64,000 nt of DNA from Aplysia californica (taxonomy: Eukaryota), in the NCBI RefSeq assembly GCF_000002075.1, contig NW_004797406.1, positions 528,177 to 592,176 of the forward strand, in the 5' to 3' direction. The position numbers and the translations under genes are program-made. Positions 49,289 through 62,376 of the stretch are shown piece after piece (positions within the stretch are counted from its first letter, which is position 1; each line of letters opens with the position of its first letter). A model generated the notes under the pieces. That model ran no database searches and was not told the origin of the DNA. It saw only the letters and a list, made by a program, of their open reading frames with translations.

Positions 49289-51445
49289 TCTTGTTAAAGA
49301 GACATGCATGGGTATAGGTAAAAGGCCAGCGTCTCTGTTGCGAGAACTTTGCCAAAGCCTGTAAAAGAACATTTGAGTATGTTTTTTATGCAATATGTTG
49401 GCCTTTATGTTTTGTGTGATCTGAAAGAAGAGGAGGATGCAGAATTTACATCTCAAGTTCTTGTAGTACTTTAAGTTATTATATTATGATTTTACAAGCC
49501 ATTTTCTTTTTGTTGTTGATCTGATAGTTTTGTTACTATGCTATTTGAACTCATCTCTATTTAAAACAGTTTACGCATATTTATGCAACAAGTCTATGGC
49601 TTTAATCTTTGACTTTGGCTCAGGTCAGTGTGGTCATTTCTGCATTTTTACTCTGTTTAGCTGTAGGGCTAGTGCCTGATTCTAGAAGAGTCCACAATGC
49701 TGGTGCTTTGTCATCTAGAGTTTGTTCTTGTCCAAAGAATAGGTCATGGATACACACATCACTTTAAATTAGAAAAAAAAAACCCTTCGCATTACTTACC
49801 CTTTCCAAAACTGTTTGTGGTAATTGAAGCTTTAAGAGACCACGTAATAGTTGGTATTGAAGGACACCACTTTTCAGACACAGTGGTTAATGTGTGACAT
49901 CATTTCAGTAATTACTTGTCAAGTAATGTATTATTTATGATTTATGAAAAAGAATGTTTACTCCTTTTTCTTAAACATGATTTAATTAGGTTAGCTATTT
50001 AGTGACAAGTTCTATTTTTTTGTAGCTTTAGACAATCAGTGTATATATGTGAAAAGAGCACTATCCTGTTATAAAAAAAACCCCAAAGTGATTCCTGTTC
50101 TGCCATAGAATTCTTATGTTTGAAGACCAAGCAAGATAACGTTTGATGATAAGATGGTGCTTTGGGAAATGTTGATACTACTGTTGCTTTAATTGAAAAG
50201 TGAATCCTCTTTGTTGGTCTTCTTTGAATGTCTCAGATTTGTTCTGCCTTAATAAAAGAGTGAGATATATTTCAAACAACAATGATTATTTTTTATAGTA
50301 CTTTTATTTTTGTAAAGATACGCCCCCCCCCCCCCCCCACTCCAAACCACCATCACCACCAGAATCCCACTCTTTCCCATTTGAGTTGTTGGAGGATGGT
50401 ACAGTGTAGCATGTTGGTCATTTTGAAGGCAGAGCACTTGGCTCAGTGGAAAGAATAAAGAAACAGGAGCAGGTGGTTAGAAGGCGCCACTAGTAGGTCC
50501 TCCTTTTTTACTTTCCTTCTGTTGCATGTTGTTACTAATGTTACTGTCTGTCTTGTCTTTCTTTTTCCTATCGTTAAATTACCATTATTGTGTCGATGTG
50601 GTTCTGTTTATTAAAAAACAAAAACAAAGGGGAAAAAGTGAAGGCTATGCACCCCATCGAAGTTATATAGCACATGTATACTTTGTTGATTGTAGATGTT
50701 TATCTATGTGTTATTTTTCCATTAGTAGTAGTAGAGGTTTTGCACCTCCTGCTGCTGTGCACTGAGTTTATTTATAGATTACCCCTAAGTAGTCAACTGA
50801 GGAAGTCAAAAAGCTTAGAAATTGAAGGACATAGACCTGTCAAGAAGATAATATTATTGCACACACTTGAAAAAAAACAACAGTACAATTGGTACTTGTA
50901 ACACAAGTTTTATTTTTGGCTCACTTCCCCATCCATGTCCACCTTTATTTCCATTGGTAGTAATTAACACTACTCTAATAGTACCTTGAAGCACAAGGGT
51001 GTGAGCTTCTTTGAACTTGATCTAATCCTCAAAAAGGATGCTCAAAAAGGTGCTTGATGAGTGAGTGTAGGGGTTATGATGTTGTAATGACTTGGCACAA
51101 TTTTGAGGCAGACAAAGGCCCAAGGAATGTTAGTCTTCTTATACAGTTTGATAATTATAACACATTTTGGCTTTCCATTTGTATCATGGAAGTATTTTAT
51201 CCTCTCTAACAGTGGCTTGGTTCAAGGGGCCATTTACGATAAGAAAAATGTCTACTCATGCTGACACATGTTGGCCCACATATTGTTCCTGTTCCTTCCA
51301 CTGTTCTATCGTTTTTGTATGTGTGTCCCCCCCCCCCTAAATCCAAGGTCCACTCAATTCAGAATTCAGAAGTGAAGGTCAAGGTAACGGTAACAGTGGC
51401 GAAGCTGGGGTAGAAAGAGTGAGGGGAACAGGACAAGAGAGATAG

Positions 51446-51446
<1 letters not shown>

Positions 51447-51501
<55 letters not shown>

Positions 51502-51533
51502 CTTCTATCCATCCATCCTTCTATCCATCCATC
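51447..51533. repeat. (TATC)n/(TCCA)n microsatellite
   Basis: Direct reading. Confidence 0.95.
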
Positions 51534-51875
51534 TGCTGTCAACAGCTAGTATCTAGCATTTTTTAAACGACAGGTTGAACAGATAAAATGGAGCGTTTTT
51601 AAGCCTTTCTTTCCACTAGACATGCATCTCTTCTGTACAAGTACAAGGAACTACTAATGCCTTCGTTGGGCACTCTTTAAGTTAAAATATGAACTCGGAC
51701 ATTTCTAACAAGATTATGCTCAACAAGACAGCTGCTTGTAAAACCTATAACATGTATGTATTTATTCATGTACATAATAATAATAATAATCTGCGGGCTT
51801 CTTGTTTTCATACAATGTACATAGAACATTACTACTTATAATGGGTATTTTAAGAAGTTGAAGGGAAGGGGAAAG

Positions 51876-52034
51876 TTTAGTTTTAGTAGAGGTTTTACTG
51901 CGCTCGCAACTGCATAAGGTCATTTGAGCGCCAGAAGATTAGAAGTGTAACAAGAGAGTAACCAACATAAAAAAAGAAAAAGGGGAGATAAAGGCGACAG
52001 ATGTTTAATAGGAAAGAAGGAGCAAACCACACCA
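51876..52034 (-). mobile_element. Headless retroposon copy
   Basis: Family match; flanking direct repeat ggaaggggaaag. Confidence 0.8.
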
Positions 52035-52214
52035 GAGCACCCGCCAACCACCCACTGGAAGGGGAAAGGGGAGTGGGAAGACTGGTGAATGGTGGTGGTA
52101 CATTAGTTGCAGTGGTTGAGATCAAAATAGTGGTGGAGTATGATATGGATAGAGACATGTGTTTTGTTTTATCATGTCTTTCTTCCTGGCGAGATTCTTT
52201 TTTTTTTGTGGTAA

Positions 52215-52687
52215 GTTTTTTTTACGGCGCTCGCAACTGCATGAGGTCATATGAGCGCGCGGGACACATTAAACTTTTTCAGTCTGTAGGAAATTTTAAA
52301 TTTTGCCCGGGTGGCGGCCGAAGCCTACTCTTATCGATTTTAGACCACCAAGGAATCTTTAACGTACGCAACTTGCACACGGGCCCTCCCAGATTTTTCG
52401 CCCTTGTCCAAGGGGCTAGGTGTAGATCTTTTCTACCAGAAGACCAGGGTGTGGCTGAAAGACAGCAGTAAGTAGGAGCCAATGAGTCGCTGCAGAAAGC
52501 GTCAGGGTCCCACAGGATATGAGGGGGTGGAGGCAGAAAGAGTAGACGAAAGCAGACGACAGAACATTGCTAGAGAGCAGGAAAGGAAGTTAAAGGAGAC
52601 AATTTTAAAGAAGAAAATTTTTCGGTCGCTACCCGGGACCTTTAAATGAGAGGCCAACACCTTAACCTCTAGGACACGAGAGCCCCC
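52215..52687 (-). mobile_element. Second full-length copy of the same tRNA-derived SINE
   Basis: Reverse complement closely matches 54440-54960. Confidence 0.88.
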
Positions 52688-53364
52688 TGGTGGGATTCTT
52701 TCGACACACACACAGCAAGGAAAAGATCAAGGGAGACGAATTTGAAACTACATAGACGTCTATGTATGTAAATGCATCAAACAGCAAAAACAAACATACC
52801 AAGCAAAAAATTTGGACAAAATTTGAAGAATTGAAAATATATCTATCAATAAAGACAGAAAACAAACAACCCCTGAATCTTTGCTCTATCACTGACCTGA
52901 ATTTTATTTAAATAAAACACCAACAAAAATAAAACCACTAACAAACAACGTGTCCCTAAAAAACTTGTACACTCACCATATCCTCAACACTAGAGTGTAA
53001 AACCTATAACAACAATACGCTTTCAACTGTTGAAGTGAAAAGAACTAAAATGTTGTATGTGGGCTCTTCCTAATGAGGCCAGATCATTCTCATGTTGACA
53101 ATTCTGCAAGCAATATTACGTGTATTATGTAGATGCCGAGTTTTAGCTGAAAAAAAAAGTCTTTCGTCAGCCGCTCGCGGTAGAGAATGTTTAGGAATGA
53201 GTTTTGCACTTCCGTCCATACAGCCTGAGTAGCGTGTACATGGTGGGGAGGTCAGAGGAGGCGAAGACTTCGATATTGGACACTCTGTGGCTCCAGCTGA
53301 GGTAAAAAATTCGGCGACGGCATCACATATATACATGTATAATGATGTATATATATGACAACAG

Positions 53365-53548
53365 TTCCGCTTCTGACGTTGCCTCACAAAAGTTGTCCAG
53401 GTTTCACTCTCGTATAGGAGAGTAATGAGAGTGTTGACGGCACTAGTGTTGTATACTGTCATCTTGCTTGTGGTGGTCAGCTTGGGGTTCTCCCAGATAT
53501 GTGGAGACGAAAACAGACGACATAACATTGTTAGAGAGCTGGAAGGAC
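53365..53548 (-). mobile_element. RTE LINE fragment
   Basis: IWENPKLTTTSKMTVY...TLLYESETWT, homologous to the same region of the 57361-59450 element. Confidence 0.7.
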
Positions 53549-53710
53549 ANNNNNNNNNNNNNNNNNNNNNNNNNNNNNNNNNNNNNNNNNNNNNNNNNNN
53601 NNNNNNNNNNNNNNNNNNNNNNNNNNNNNNNNNNNNNNNNNNNNNNNNNNNNNNNNNNNNNNNNNNNNNNNNNNNNNNNNNNNNNNNNNNNNNNNNNNNN
53701 NNNNNNNNNN

Positions 53711-55495
53711 CGCACCATTTTGGATTGATTACATTTTACACGTAAGTGTATCCAGTGACATCAATTGAGGTTGACAAAAGTTCACAGGCAGCAGAGGTTA
53801 CTGTTCACACAAACTTTGAAGTTCCCAGTTCAAAACTGTCAATGTGCACGTGCAACATGCAAAAATCCGAAGTGTCGACCTCAAACGTAAACTTTGTTTA
53901 GCGAGACAGATTTTTTTGGCTGTTAGGGAGAGATCATATTCGCCCATAACAAAAAAAACTGACATTGTTTACTCTGTGCGACGGATTTTTTCTGCGTAAA
54001 TAATGCCGCGACTTTCCATGCAAGAATGTGAAAGGGCTATTGGAATGCTCCAAACAAGAATGGCAGCACGGCAAGTTGCCAGGCGCATGAACTGTAGCCA
54101 CTCGACTGTTATCCGGTTGTTTCAAGGTAATGCAGCTAATGCAGTTACAGTACCAGCGCAAGACCGTGACATTCGCCAACGTCACCTTCGTGACAGTTTC
54201 CTGCCAGCATCGGAAACAGGTCGTCAAGTGGACGGTCGGCGTGTACCAGTACCAGAATGGACCGTGCGACGCCATTTGCTGGAAGCAGGACTTGCAGCCA
54301 GACGCCCGTACGTTGGTCCTGTCCTGACACTGAGGCACCGTCAACAGCGTTTGCAGTGGGCCAGGCAACATTTACAGTTGACACGACGCCAGTGGAGGAC
54401 TATAGTCTTTTCTGACATGCTGACGGGGGGGGGGGGGGGGGCTCTCGTGGCCTAGAGGTTAAGGTGTTGGCCTCTCATTCAAAGGTCCCGGGTTCGAATC
54501 CGGGTAGCGACCGAAAAATTTTCTTCTCTAAAATTGTCTCCTTTCACCTCCTTTCCTGCTCTCTAGCAATGTTCTGTTGTCTGCTTTCAATTCCACTTTC
54601 TGCCCCCACCCTCTCACCTCCTTCGCCCCCTCCTCTGGGCTCCTGACTCTTTCTGCAGCCTTTCTACTGCTACTCCTTGGCTCCTCCTTACTGCTGTCTT
54701 TCTGCTACACCCCTGATCTTCTGGTATGAAAGATCTACACCTAGCCTTCTCGGACCAGGGCGAAAAATCTCGGAGGGCCCGTGTGCAAGTTGCGCACGTT
54801 AAAGATCCCTTGGTGGTCTAAAATCGAAAAGAGTAGGCTTCGGCCGCCACCCGGGCAAAATTCAAAATTTCCTACCAACTGAAAATATTAGGTGTGTCCC
54901 GCGCTCTCATATGACCTATGCAGTTGCGAGCGCCGTAAAACACTTTACAAAAACAAAAAAACAAAATGCTGACGGGAGAAAAAGGGTCTAGAGACGCCCC
55001 GGTGAGCGCTACGCCCACACTGTTGCATGCTGGAGGTCGACAGATGGGGAGGAGGCAGCGTCATGGTATGGGGAGCGTTCAGCGACGCATATCGCTCACC
55101 ACTGTACTTCTTCGACTAGCCTGTGAATGCCAACACGTACCAGCAGGTTTTGCAGAACCACGTCGTGCCGTTATTTGGTCAACACCCAGACCTGCAGTTA
55201 TTCCAACACGACAACACCCGCCCGCACACCGCTCGAGCCACCACTGCTTTTCTGCAGGCAAACAACATTGGTGTCCTGCCTTGGCCATCACTGTCTCCTA
55301 ACATGGCACCAATTGAGCATGTGTGGGACGATCTTAGCCGCCGTTTGTCACGTTGAAGACCTCTACACAATCTCCAAGAGCTGAGGCGTTCTTTGACAAA
55401 TAAGTTGGTACACATTGCTCAGGTGTTCTTTCAAACTCTTATCAATTCCATGAGAAGACGCTGCCAATCCTGTATTAAGGCTAATAGATTCTAAA
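53711..55495 (+). mobile_element. Tc1-family (DD34E) transposase pseudogene, interrupted by a SINE
   Basis: Paired-like N-terminus MPRLSMQECERAIGML, WRTIVFSD, RWGGGSVMVWGAF, QHDN-x34-E (PWPSLSPNMAPIEHVWD); stops and frameshifts. Confidence 0.9.
54428..54965 (+). mobile_element. Full-length tRNA-derived SINE (Meta/MESC-like central domain) inside the Tc1 element
   Basis: tRNA-like head (GTGGCCTAGAGGTTAAGG ... GGTTCGAATCC), central GCACGTTAAAGATCCC..GAAAAGAGTAGG, stem-loop tail, A-rich end, 11-bp TSD atgctgacggg (54417-54427, 54966-54976). Domain name is from recall, not alignment. Confidence 0.88.
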
Positions 55496-56002
55496 ACAAG
55501 TGTGAAAAAACTCAATTTAGCGCTCTGCTTTTTGAAAAAGGACTTTTCTTACTACGTGCTTTTGTGCTCGCGGTGCCATTTGACCTTTTCATTTCATTTC
55601 AGCTGTGAATATTCACAAAATTACCATAGAACGCAATGGTATATATATTCTGTTAAAAAGATAAACACATCACGGTTATTTGAATATAATATAATAAAAT
55701 ATAATATAATAATATATATAGGGCCTAATATATAATAAAGCCAAAAGAAACTTGAAGATGTATTCACTCAATCTGCGTGTTAAGGTCTTGCATTACCCAA
55801 TCACGCAGCTAACCAATTTGAAGCTAAATTAATTCCGCATCAACTGACACTTTAATTTTTCATCTGCAACGGGTCTGGAGTCATGCGAGATATGGTCACT
55901 CAAAAATGACTCTAAAAGTCATGCTTGGCAAATAATATTGTGTATACATGACTAGCTGGGCCCCCTTTCGATGAAAGGGATGATCGGTACATTAACTTCA
56001 AC

Positions 56003-56502
56003 CAAAGATAGTACATAACAAGTTGGTCCACTCAGCCAAAAAAGTGTCCGCTGGAAGTCCGCTCTTTGCTTCAGATGGCGCTGCAGTCTGTTTTGGAGCT
56101 CTCTTTCGTTTCTCCAGAAGAAGAATAGGAAAAGCACCTCCTTGCGTACGCACCAGCTGTTCGGGTTCGTTCAGTGCGGAGTTTTAGTGTCTTTAAAAAA
56201 AATTAATGACCTCTCGCCTCTCATTCTAAAGTCAATTTAAACGACGAAAACAGTCGCACCTTCCTCTGGAAGAAGTTTTGTCGGCGTAACCATTAAAAAA
56301 AAGGCGTTCTTTCCGAAATTTGAATTCTTATTTATTCAAAAACTTGTTAGTTTCAAATTCACTTTGATTTTTTAAAACACAAGTAGGGTAACTCTGTTCG
56401 CAAAGGGTGCGCATTTGCGAAGAGGGCGCCACCGAATTTTGAGGACACTTTTTTAATTGGCTCAAAGAGAGGAGTGGACCCTCTTGTTATGTAGACTCTT
56501 TG
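56003..56502. mobile_element. P-superfamily-like MITE, copy 2
   Basis: Ends CAAAGATAGTACATAACAAG ... CTTGTTATGTAGACTCTTTG, 7-bp TSD cttcaac (55996-56002, 56503-56509). Homologous to 3499-3992. Confidence 0.8.
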
Positions 56503-56819
56503 CTTCAACTGAAAGTCTTTGGCCTACTACCTCGACCTTTGCGAGCGCGAAGGGTTCCAACTGCAGAACGTCGTTTTCTTTTCGGCATGGTCAGGCGCTA
56601 TCTAGATCTAGATCTAGATCTAGATTCTAATCTAAGACCTGTTCACGTTGTTCCCAGTAGCAAGAAAAAGAATTTGACAAGGGAGTCCAGAAAAAACGAT
56701 GATGGGCATCAAACGAAAGGACCACAGTCGAATTTAGCTCCAAGTAAAAAAAGAAAACATGAGTCTAGATCTATACAGGTCGCACACTTAAAATAGAGCT
56801 CAGTATTGCGCGACAATGG

Positions 56820-57360
56820 GCTATTGATTGGATGACCCAAGATCGCCCCCACACAACCCATGCTGTTCTTTTCACTGATTCCATGTGTACCCTCAGAAGG
56901 ATCGAAAAAGGTTTCCTGAGAACAGAATGGATTCAAGTTCAAGCTATCGAACTAACGCCTATACGACCGCTGACAAGGATTTTCTGCCCTGGCCATGCAG
57001 GTGTTAGGGGAAAAGAAAAAGCCGCAGATTGCCTGGTGAGGCCACCTTAGTTGAAAATACGGTTCAACCAGATAGGGTCGAGATCCTGAAATGTCTCTCT
57101 CGTCAGCTGATTGAGGAGGAAGATAGGGAGGCAGAGGCCAGTACTGCCGTGGAGAGGATGATGCTTTTGCGAATACAAAAAGGAAGCGGAAAATCTGGCA
57201 TCCTTGCAGGAAAGAACAGAAGAACCTTCAACCAGATGTGCACTGGCACAATCAGTGGAGGGACCCTCGGCAACATTTTGGAGAGAGCAACGGAGCATCA
57301 ATGGACATGTCCGGAGTGCAGGGATGTTGCTTCCTGAAACAATGAACAATGAACAATGAA
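56820..57360 (+). mobile_element. 3' end of an RNase H-bearing non-LTR retrotransposon
   Basis: VLFTDSMCTL ... FCPGHAGVRGKEKAAD (RNase H), frameshifted C-terminus ending WTCPECRDVAS*, then an (AACAATG)3 tail. Confidence 0.7.
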
Positions 57361-59450
57361 TCGAACGGAAGTACGACTTGAAACAAAGAAACAGGGTGGA
57401 TTTTCTAAAATTACAGACAGAGACAGAAGCGTCGGCCTACAGAAACGATCTGCGAAATAAAACAATTTAGCTTTTTGCAGCAAAACTGTCTCAAAACTGA
57501 TAAAACGAAGGGCGTCATGATCTAGAGAATAGTTATTTCAAGGAATCTTTTGGCGAAAAATGCATGTCGATCGATGCTTCCATTAAAAAGCCTTTTGAAT
57601 AGCAAAATTCGGCCACCACAAATAGATAGTAGATAAAAGTATTAATTGATACAACACCAACAGAAGAAGAACTCTCCTATGCAATCGATGAACTCGCTTG
57701 CAGAAAAGCAGCAGGGAATGACAACATACCTGCTGAAGTGCTGAAAGAGAACAAAGAAACTCTCCTCCCATAATATCTCTACAAGCTACTAACGACTTGT
57801 TGGCTGAAAGCAGAAATTCCTCATGACATGAGAGATGCCAAAATCACCACACTCTACAAAAAACAAAGGGGACAAAGGAGATTGCAACAACTACAGAGGT
57901 ATCTCACTGCTAAGCATCACTGGAAAAGCTTTCGCTAGGATAATTCTGAAGCGACTTAAAAAACTAGCAGAAAGAGTCCTACCAGAGAGCCAATGCGGTT
58001 TCAGATCAAACCGCTCAACAATGGACATGATCTTTTCTATTCGTCAGCCACAAGAAAAATGCAGGGAGCAATGACTGCCATTACATATTGCGTTCGTCGA
58101 TCTGACAAAGGCTTTTGATACAGTCCGTAGATCAGGACTGTACATGGTGCTTGAAAAAATTGGCTGTCCCCCAATACTGCTACAGCTCATCATCTCATTC
58201 CACGAAGATATGAAGGCCACCATTCAGTTTGACGGTTCAACGTCAAACAGTTTCAACATCAATAGCGGAGTAAAGCAAGGCTGTGTCTTAGCACCAACCC
58301 TTTTAGCACTTATTTTGCTGTCTTACTGCGACACGCATTCAAAGAGTCACCAGGGGATGTCTTCCTCCACTGGAGAACTGATGGGTCGCTCTTCAATCTT
58401 GCTCGACTCAAGGCCAAGACCAAGATCAACAAAACATCAGTACGAGACCTTCTCTTCGCCGATAATGCTGCTTTTGTTGCTCACAGTGAATCAACCCTAC
58501 AAACAATGATGGACCGCCTATCAACAGCATGCAAGGTGTTTAGCTTGGTCATCAGTGTTAAGAAAACAGTCATCCTTACCCAAGAAGGTGCAGAGCAGGG
58601 CTATCTATGGCTGAACGACAAGGAACTTGAGACAGTGGACAAGTTCTGTTATCTGGGGTCTACCATCAGCTCTACAACATCACTTGATTATGAGATCAAC
58701 ATCACGATAGGGAAAGCAGCAACAAATTTTGGAAGGCTGACAAAACGAGCATGGGAAAATAAAAGATTAACCATCAAAACAAAGATCAAGATTTACGAAG
58801 CATGTGTCCTCAACACACTCCTTTATTTATGGATCTGAAACATGGACCTTGTATAGCAAACAAGAAAAGCGCCTAGACATTTTCCATCTCAGATGCTGCC
58901 GCAAGATCTTAGGCATTTCGTGGCGTGACAAGGCTACAACTGTTGAAGTGTTGGCACGGGCAAACCTCCAGAGCATGACAACTATCCTGTGTTTAAAAAG
59001 ATTGAGATGGTTTGGCCATGTCAAGAGAATGGATGACAACCGGATTCCGAAGCAACTTCTCTATGGAGAACTTGCCCAGGGAAAGAGACAAAGAGGAAGA
59101 CCAAATTTGAGGTATCAAGACACCTGCAGAAACAGCTTATCTAAGCTTGGAGTAGATGTTAACATCTGGGAAGAAATAGCTGAGGACAGGAAAACATGAA
59201 GGAAAATTATAAAGGAAAGAACTAAAATGCTAGAGAACAACCTTAAAAACAACCAGGCTGAGAAGCGCCAACGACGAAACGAAAACAGCGGAAATACAGA
59301 GCTTCGATCTACGACACTGACATGCAAGCACTGCGACAGAATCTGCGCTTCAAACATAGGGAGAATTAGCCATGAAGAAGCTGCATGAAGACAACCTTGA
59401 GACCATCTTAGGCTAAATTGACCGTCTGCATAGACGAAAAGAGTCATATA
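57361..59450 (+). mobile_element. RTE-clade LINE, 5'-truncated reverse transcriptase pseudogene
   Basis: KGDKGDCNNYRGISLLS, LPESQCGFR, GVKQGCVLAPTL, LFADN (YADD-equivalent), FCYLGS, LRWFGHVKRMDDNRIPKQLLYGEL, terminal CKHC..H zinc finger; multiple frameshifts. Confidence 0.93.
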
Positions 59451-60048
59451 TATAGACTCTAACAGTATTAATAGTTTAGCTTGCACGTTTTCCTGTGCAA
59501 CTCGGTGAAAATTCCGCACAATTGTAATTGTGCATAATGTGCATGCAACACTTCCGTTTTATCAAAATCGATGAGACATGACTGTTTTCCTTCGGAAATG
59601 AGAAACGGATACATTTTTATCTATGTGTTCGATATGGTTTGTACATGTGTAAGTTACACTAGATCTAGATGTAACAAATGTGAGGTAAGTTCAGATAATT
59701 TTGTATTAGATTTAGATCTAGACTAGTCATTTGTCATTATGCTTACGTCTTTTGTGCTCCCATCATTGTAGTAAGTCACACTTATAGTTATATATCTAGA
59801 TGTAGATCTATCTATATCTAGATATAGATATAGATCTAGACTATAGCCTACTCCCTCATATTGTTTTAAGTGGAATGACCTTCACATTGCTTCATTTGTT
59901 CTTGCTGCCTTTTTATATTATTTTTCTTTCTTTTGGGAAGGAATCTTTTGGGAACTGTTGAATGGGTACTAGAGTCTAGATCTAGATCTGATTTGACTTG
60001 CCATGATGAGGGAACAACATTTAGCAGACAACGGCCAAACAGCTGATC

Positions 60049-60602
60049 CGTTGGGAACGGGAAGTAGTGAGAGTAATCTCCCCTGCTTTATTGGAATTTA
60101 CGAAACAATCCACAGCTAATTACCGAAACGTAACAATAACATGAATGATCGTAAGGTCACAAGTTCAAAACCCCCACTTGATCGAAAACGATTCATTCGC
60201 TCATTCATCAACCATAAATATTGAAAAATGTAGTAAACGTAGATCAATACACAAAGCATTGTCTACTAGATCTAGATTCTAAGCATATTTCAAGAAATGT
60301 AATGTTAACGATACCGGTACACAAAAAATGTGAAAGAAATTTGAATACTGTGTAAGTAGTACTCAATAAATACAACAGCCTTCAACGTAACCACATTAAT
60401 GCATTAATTTCAATTTCTGCACATTTGTTTTCACATCACCGTTTACAACACCTGGTCTCGTAACAATTTACTTTCCAAAAATAAATGATATCTCTGAACT
60501 TGTTCAGCTAAAATTTGGTAGCAGGCTTCGTAATCAAATCTGCTAACATTTCACCAGTGGGACAGTATTCGAGTTCGAATCTCCTCTTGTTCATTTCGGA
60601 AC
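60049..60602 (-). mobile_element. Copia 3' end: RNase H C-terminus, 3'UTR, PPT and probable short 3' LTR (~60049-60170)
   Basis: SEMNKRRFELEYCPTGEMLADLITKP continues the RNase H after the Merlin insert. Purine tract AAGTGGGGG at ~60171-60179 followed by a degenerate TG..CA-like ~120-bp segment containing AATAAA. LTR limits uncertain. Confidence 0.65.
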
Positions 60603-62376
60603 TCACTTCAGGCACTCGTAGCTCTTGAAACAATCGCTGTAGATTATGGTACCTGGAGCGACGTGCTTCTTGATTAGACTGACGAGGGTTTCCTGGGTGC
60701 GGTCTTGTACAGAGACAAGGAAGCACTCCTTGGTCTCGCGACAAATGCCGCCGAACACCCACTAGCCGTCGACCACCCTCCCGCGATTATATTTGCGTTT
60801 TCCAAACTTGGCTTCGTCGACCTCGACACTGTAGTTGGCCCCACCAATCTGCCGCACTTCGTCACCGCAGTAGACACTTTCAACGATGACCTCTCTGCAA
60901 TAACTATACAGATCGGCCACCGTTCCCGAACTGGTTGCGCAGTTGTCAAAGTCTGGTCCTGACGTTTCGCGGATGGCGGTGTCGTAACTACTGCGGTTGA
61001 CGAAACAAGAGGCAAGAAAAAGGCTTTTTCTGAAAGAAACTTTGGCTCCTTCAAACCAAGTGTTCTTGGTTATCGATATATACTTTCGGCAGGCGCGCTT
61101 GGTGCACCTAAATCGCGCCTGTGTCGTGTTGCCCCTCTTCGAAAAATAGACTGTGTCCAAAATGTCACCACAGCTGGGACATAGGCAGGACCTCGGGAAC
61201 AATCCCCACTTCTGTCCAAACTGGACACACTCCTCGAAGGTAGAGGTGTAGCGACACAGTTGCGAAAAATTAATAAAATCAGAAAAATCCTTGCACGCTT
61301 TCTTCGAACTAGACAGGCCACTCAGCTCTTCCTCACTCATACTCACATTTCACAAGAAAAAAAGTAAAAACTACTCAAACACCAAGAACACACGCGCGCA
61401 TAGACACTCAATAACTCAAATAACAACTCTCCTCTTGTACTAGAACAGGAATACAAAAACCACTTGAAGAACTAGAAATAGCGAAAGATGGTGCCTCTGG
61501 AGAGAAGTAGAACAAAAAACATGCGCAAAAAATCAAAACGCTTATATAGATAATGTTTACTATCCTACGTCACGTTGTCAACGAGATAGGACAAGAAAGC
61601 ACTGAGGACATGGTTGCCACGGAATTCGTTTTTTATGTCGCTTTTTCTTTTCCGTTCAAAACATGTGCGAATGAAATCGTTATGTGTTTAATTTTACGCT
61701 TCATCTCTTGTCTTACCGCGACACGGGCGTACAAAAAGAACGAAATACAAGTAGACCGGTACGGAGAAAGCCGCGCTTGTCCACGATGGCAACTCAAAAA
61801 ACTGGAAGTCGTTTTTTTATATGCAAATGAGGTAGAATCGACTCAGAAATTTACTTTTTTTCTTCTTTCTTTTTTTGTTTGAAGCCGATCGCATCAGCTT
61901 TCCTAATTTTGCGAAAGAACCTCGTCAAAACCATTTGATGTAAAAAAAATAATTGCGTTTTAGGAATTTTGAAAGGTGATACACTCACACTTCACTCAAG
62001 TAGGTTTATAAAAACTTTTTAAAACACTTATTGGTAACACCAGCTGTTAGGCATAGTGGTTATGCTGCTAGACTACTAATCGTGTTTGCTTCCCTCACTC
62101 ACAGGTTCGATTCCCAGCCACGCCACTGATTTTTCTAATCATGTCATATGATTGTGTATGCTTACAGATGTTAACATGTCAGTAATAATACCCATTCCAG
62201 GTGAAGAGACAAAGGAAGGCAAGAGGAATACAAAGTAACACTAAGTCAGTTTACTTTCTTTACTTTCTTTATTGCCCAACCAAATACTAAGCCCTATCTT
62301 TTACATATCAAACTCAAAAGTCCCTTCTTTATTGTGGAGGCTGGGGTGGGTGGTCGCTCGTTACGGAAGTTCTTCC
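60603..62376 (-). mobile_element. Merlin (IS1595/ISXO2-like) DNA transposon, 3'-truncated, inserted in a Copia RNase H
   Basis: TIR GGAAGAACTTCCGTAACGAGCGACCACCC starting at 62376 (minus). Transposase pseudo-ORF 61346 to ~60604 with Zn ribbon CPSC..CTKRAC, VEVDEAKFGKRKYNRGR, internal TAG, WVFGGICRETKECF, IIYSDCFKSY. Third catalytic residue and right TIR missing. Confidence 0.88.

Noticed and set aside
54440-54512. Functional tRNA genes (also ~44470, ~52620-52687, ~23230-23316)
   Set aside because: The heads run directly into repeated SINE bodies with tails or TSDs, and stem pairing is poor.
60603-61346. Bacterial IS1595 insertion, contamination or recent horizontal transfer
   Set aside because: Eukaryotic Merlin elements explain it; matching MITEs occur in host introns and it is nested in a Copia element.
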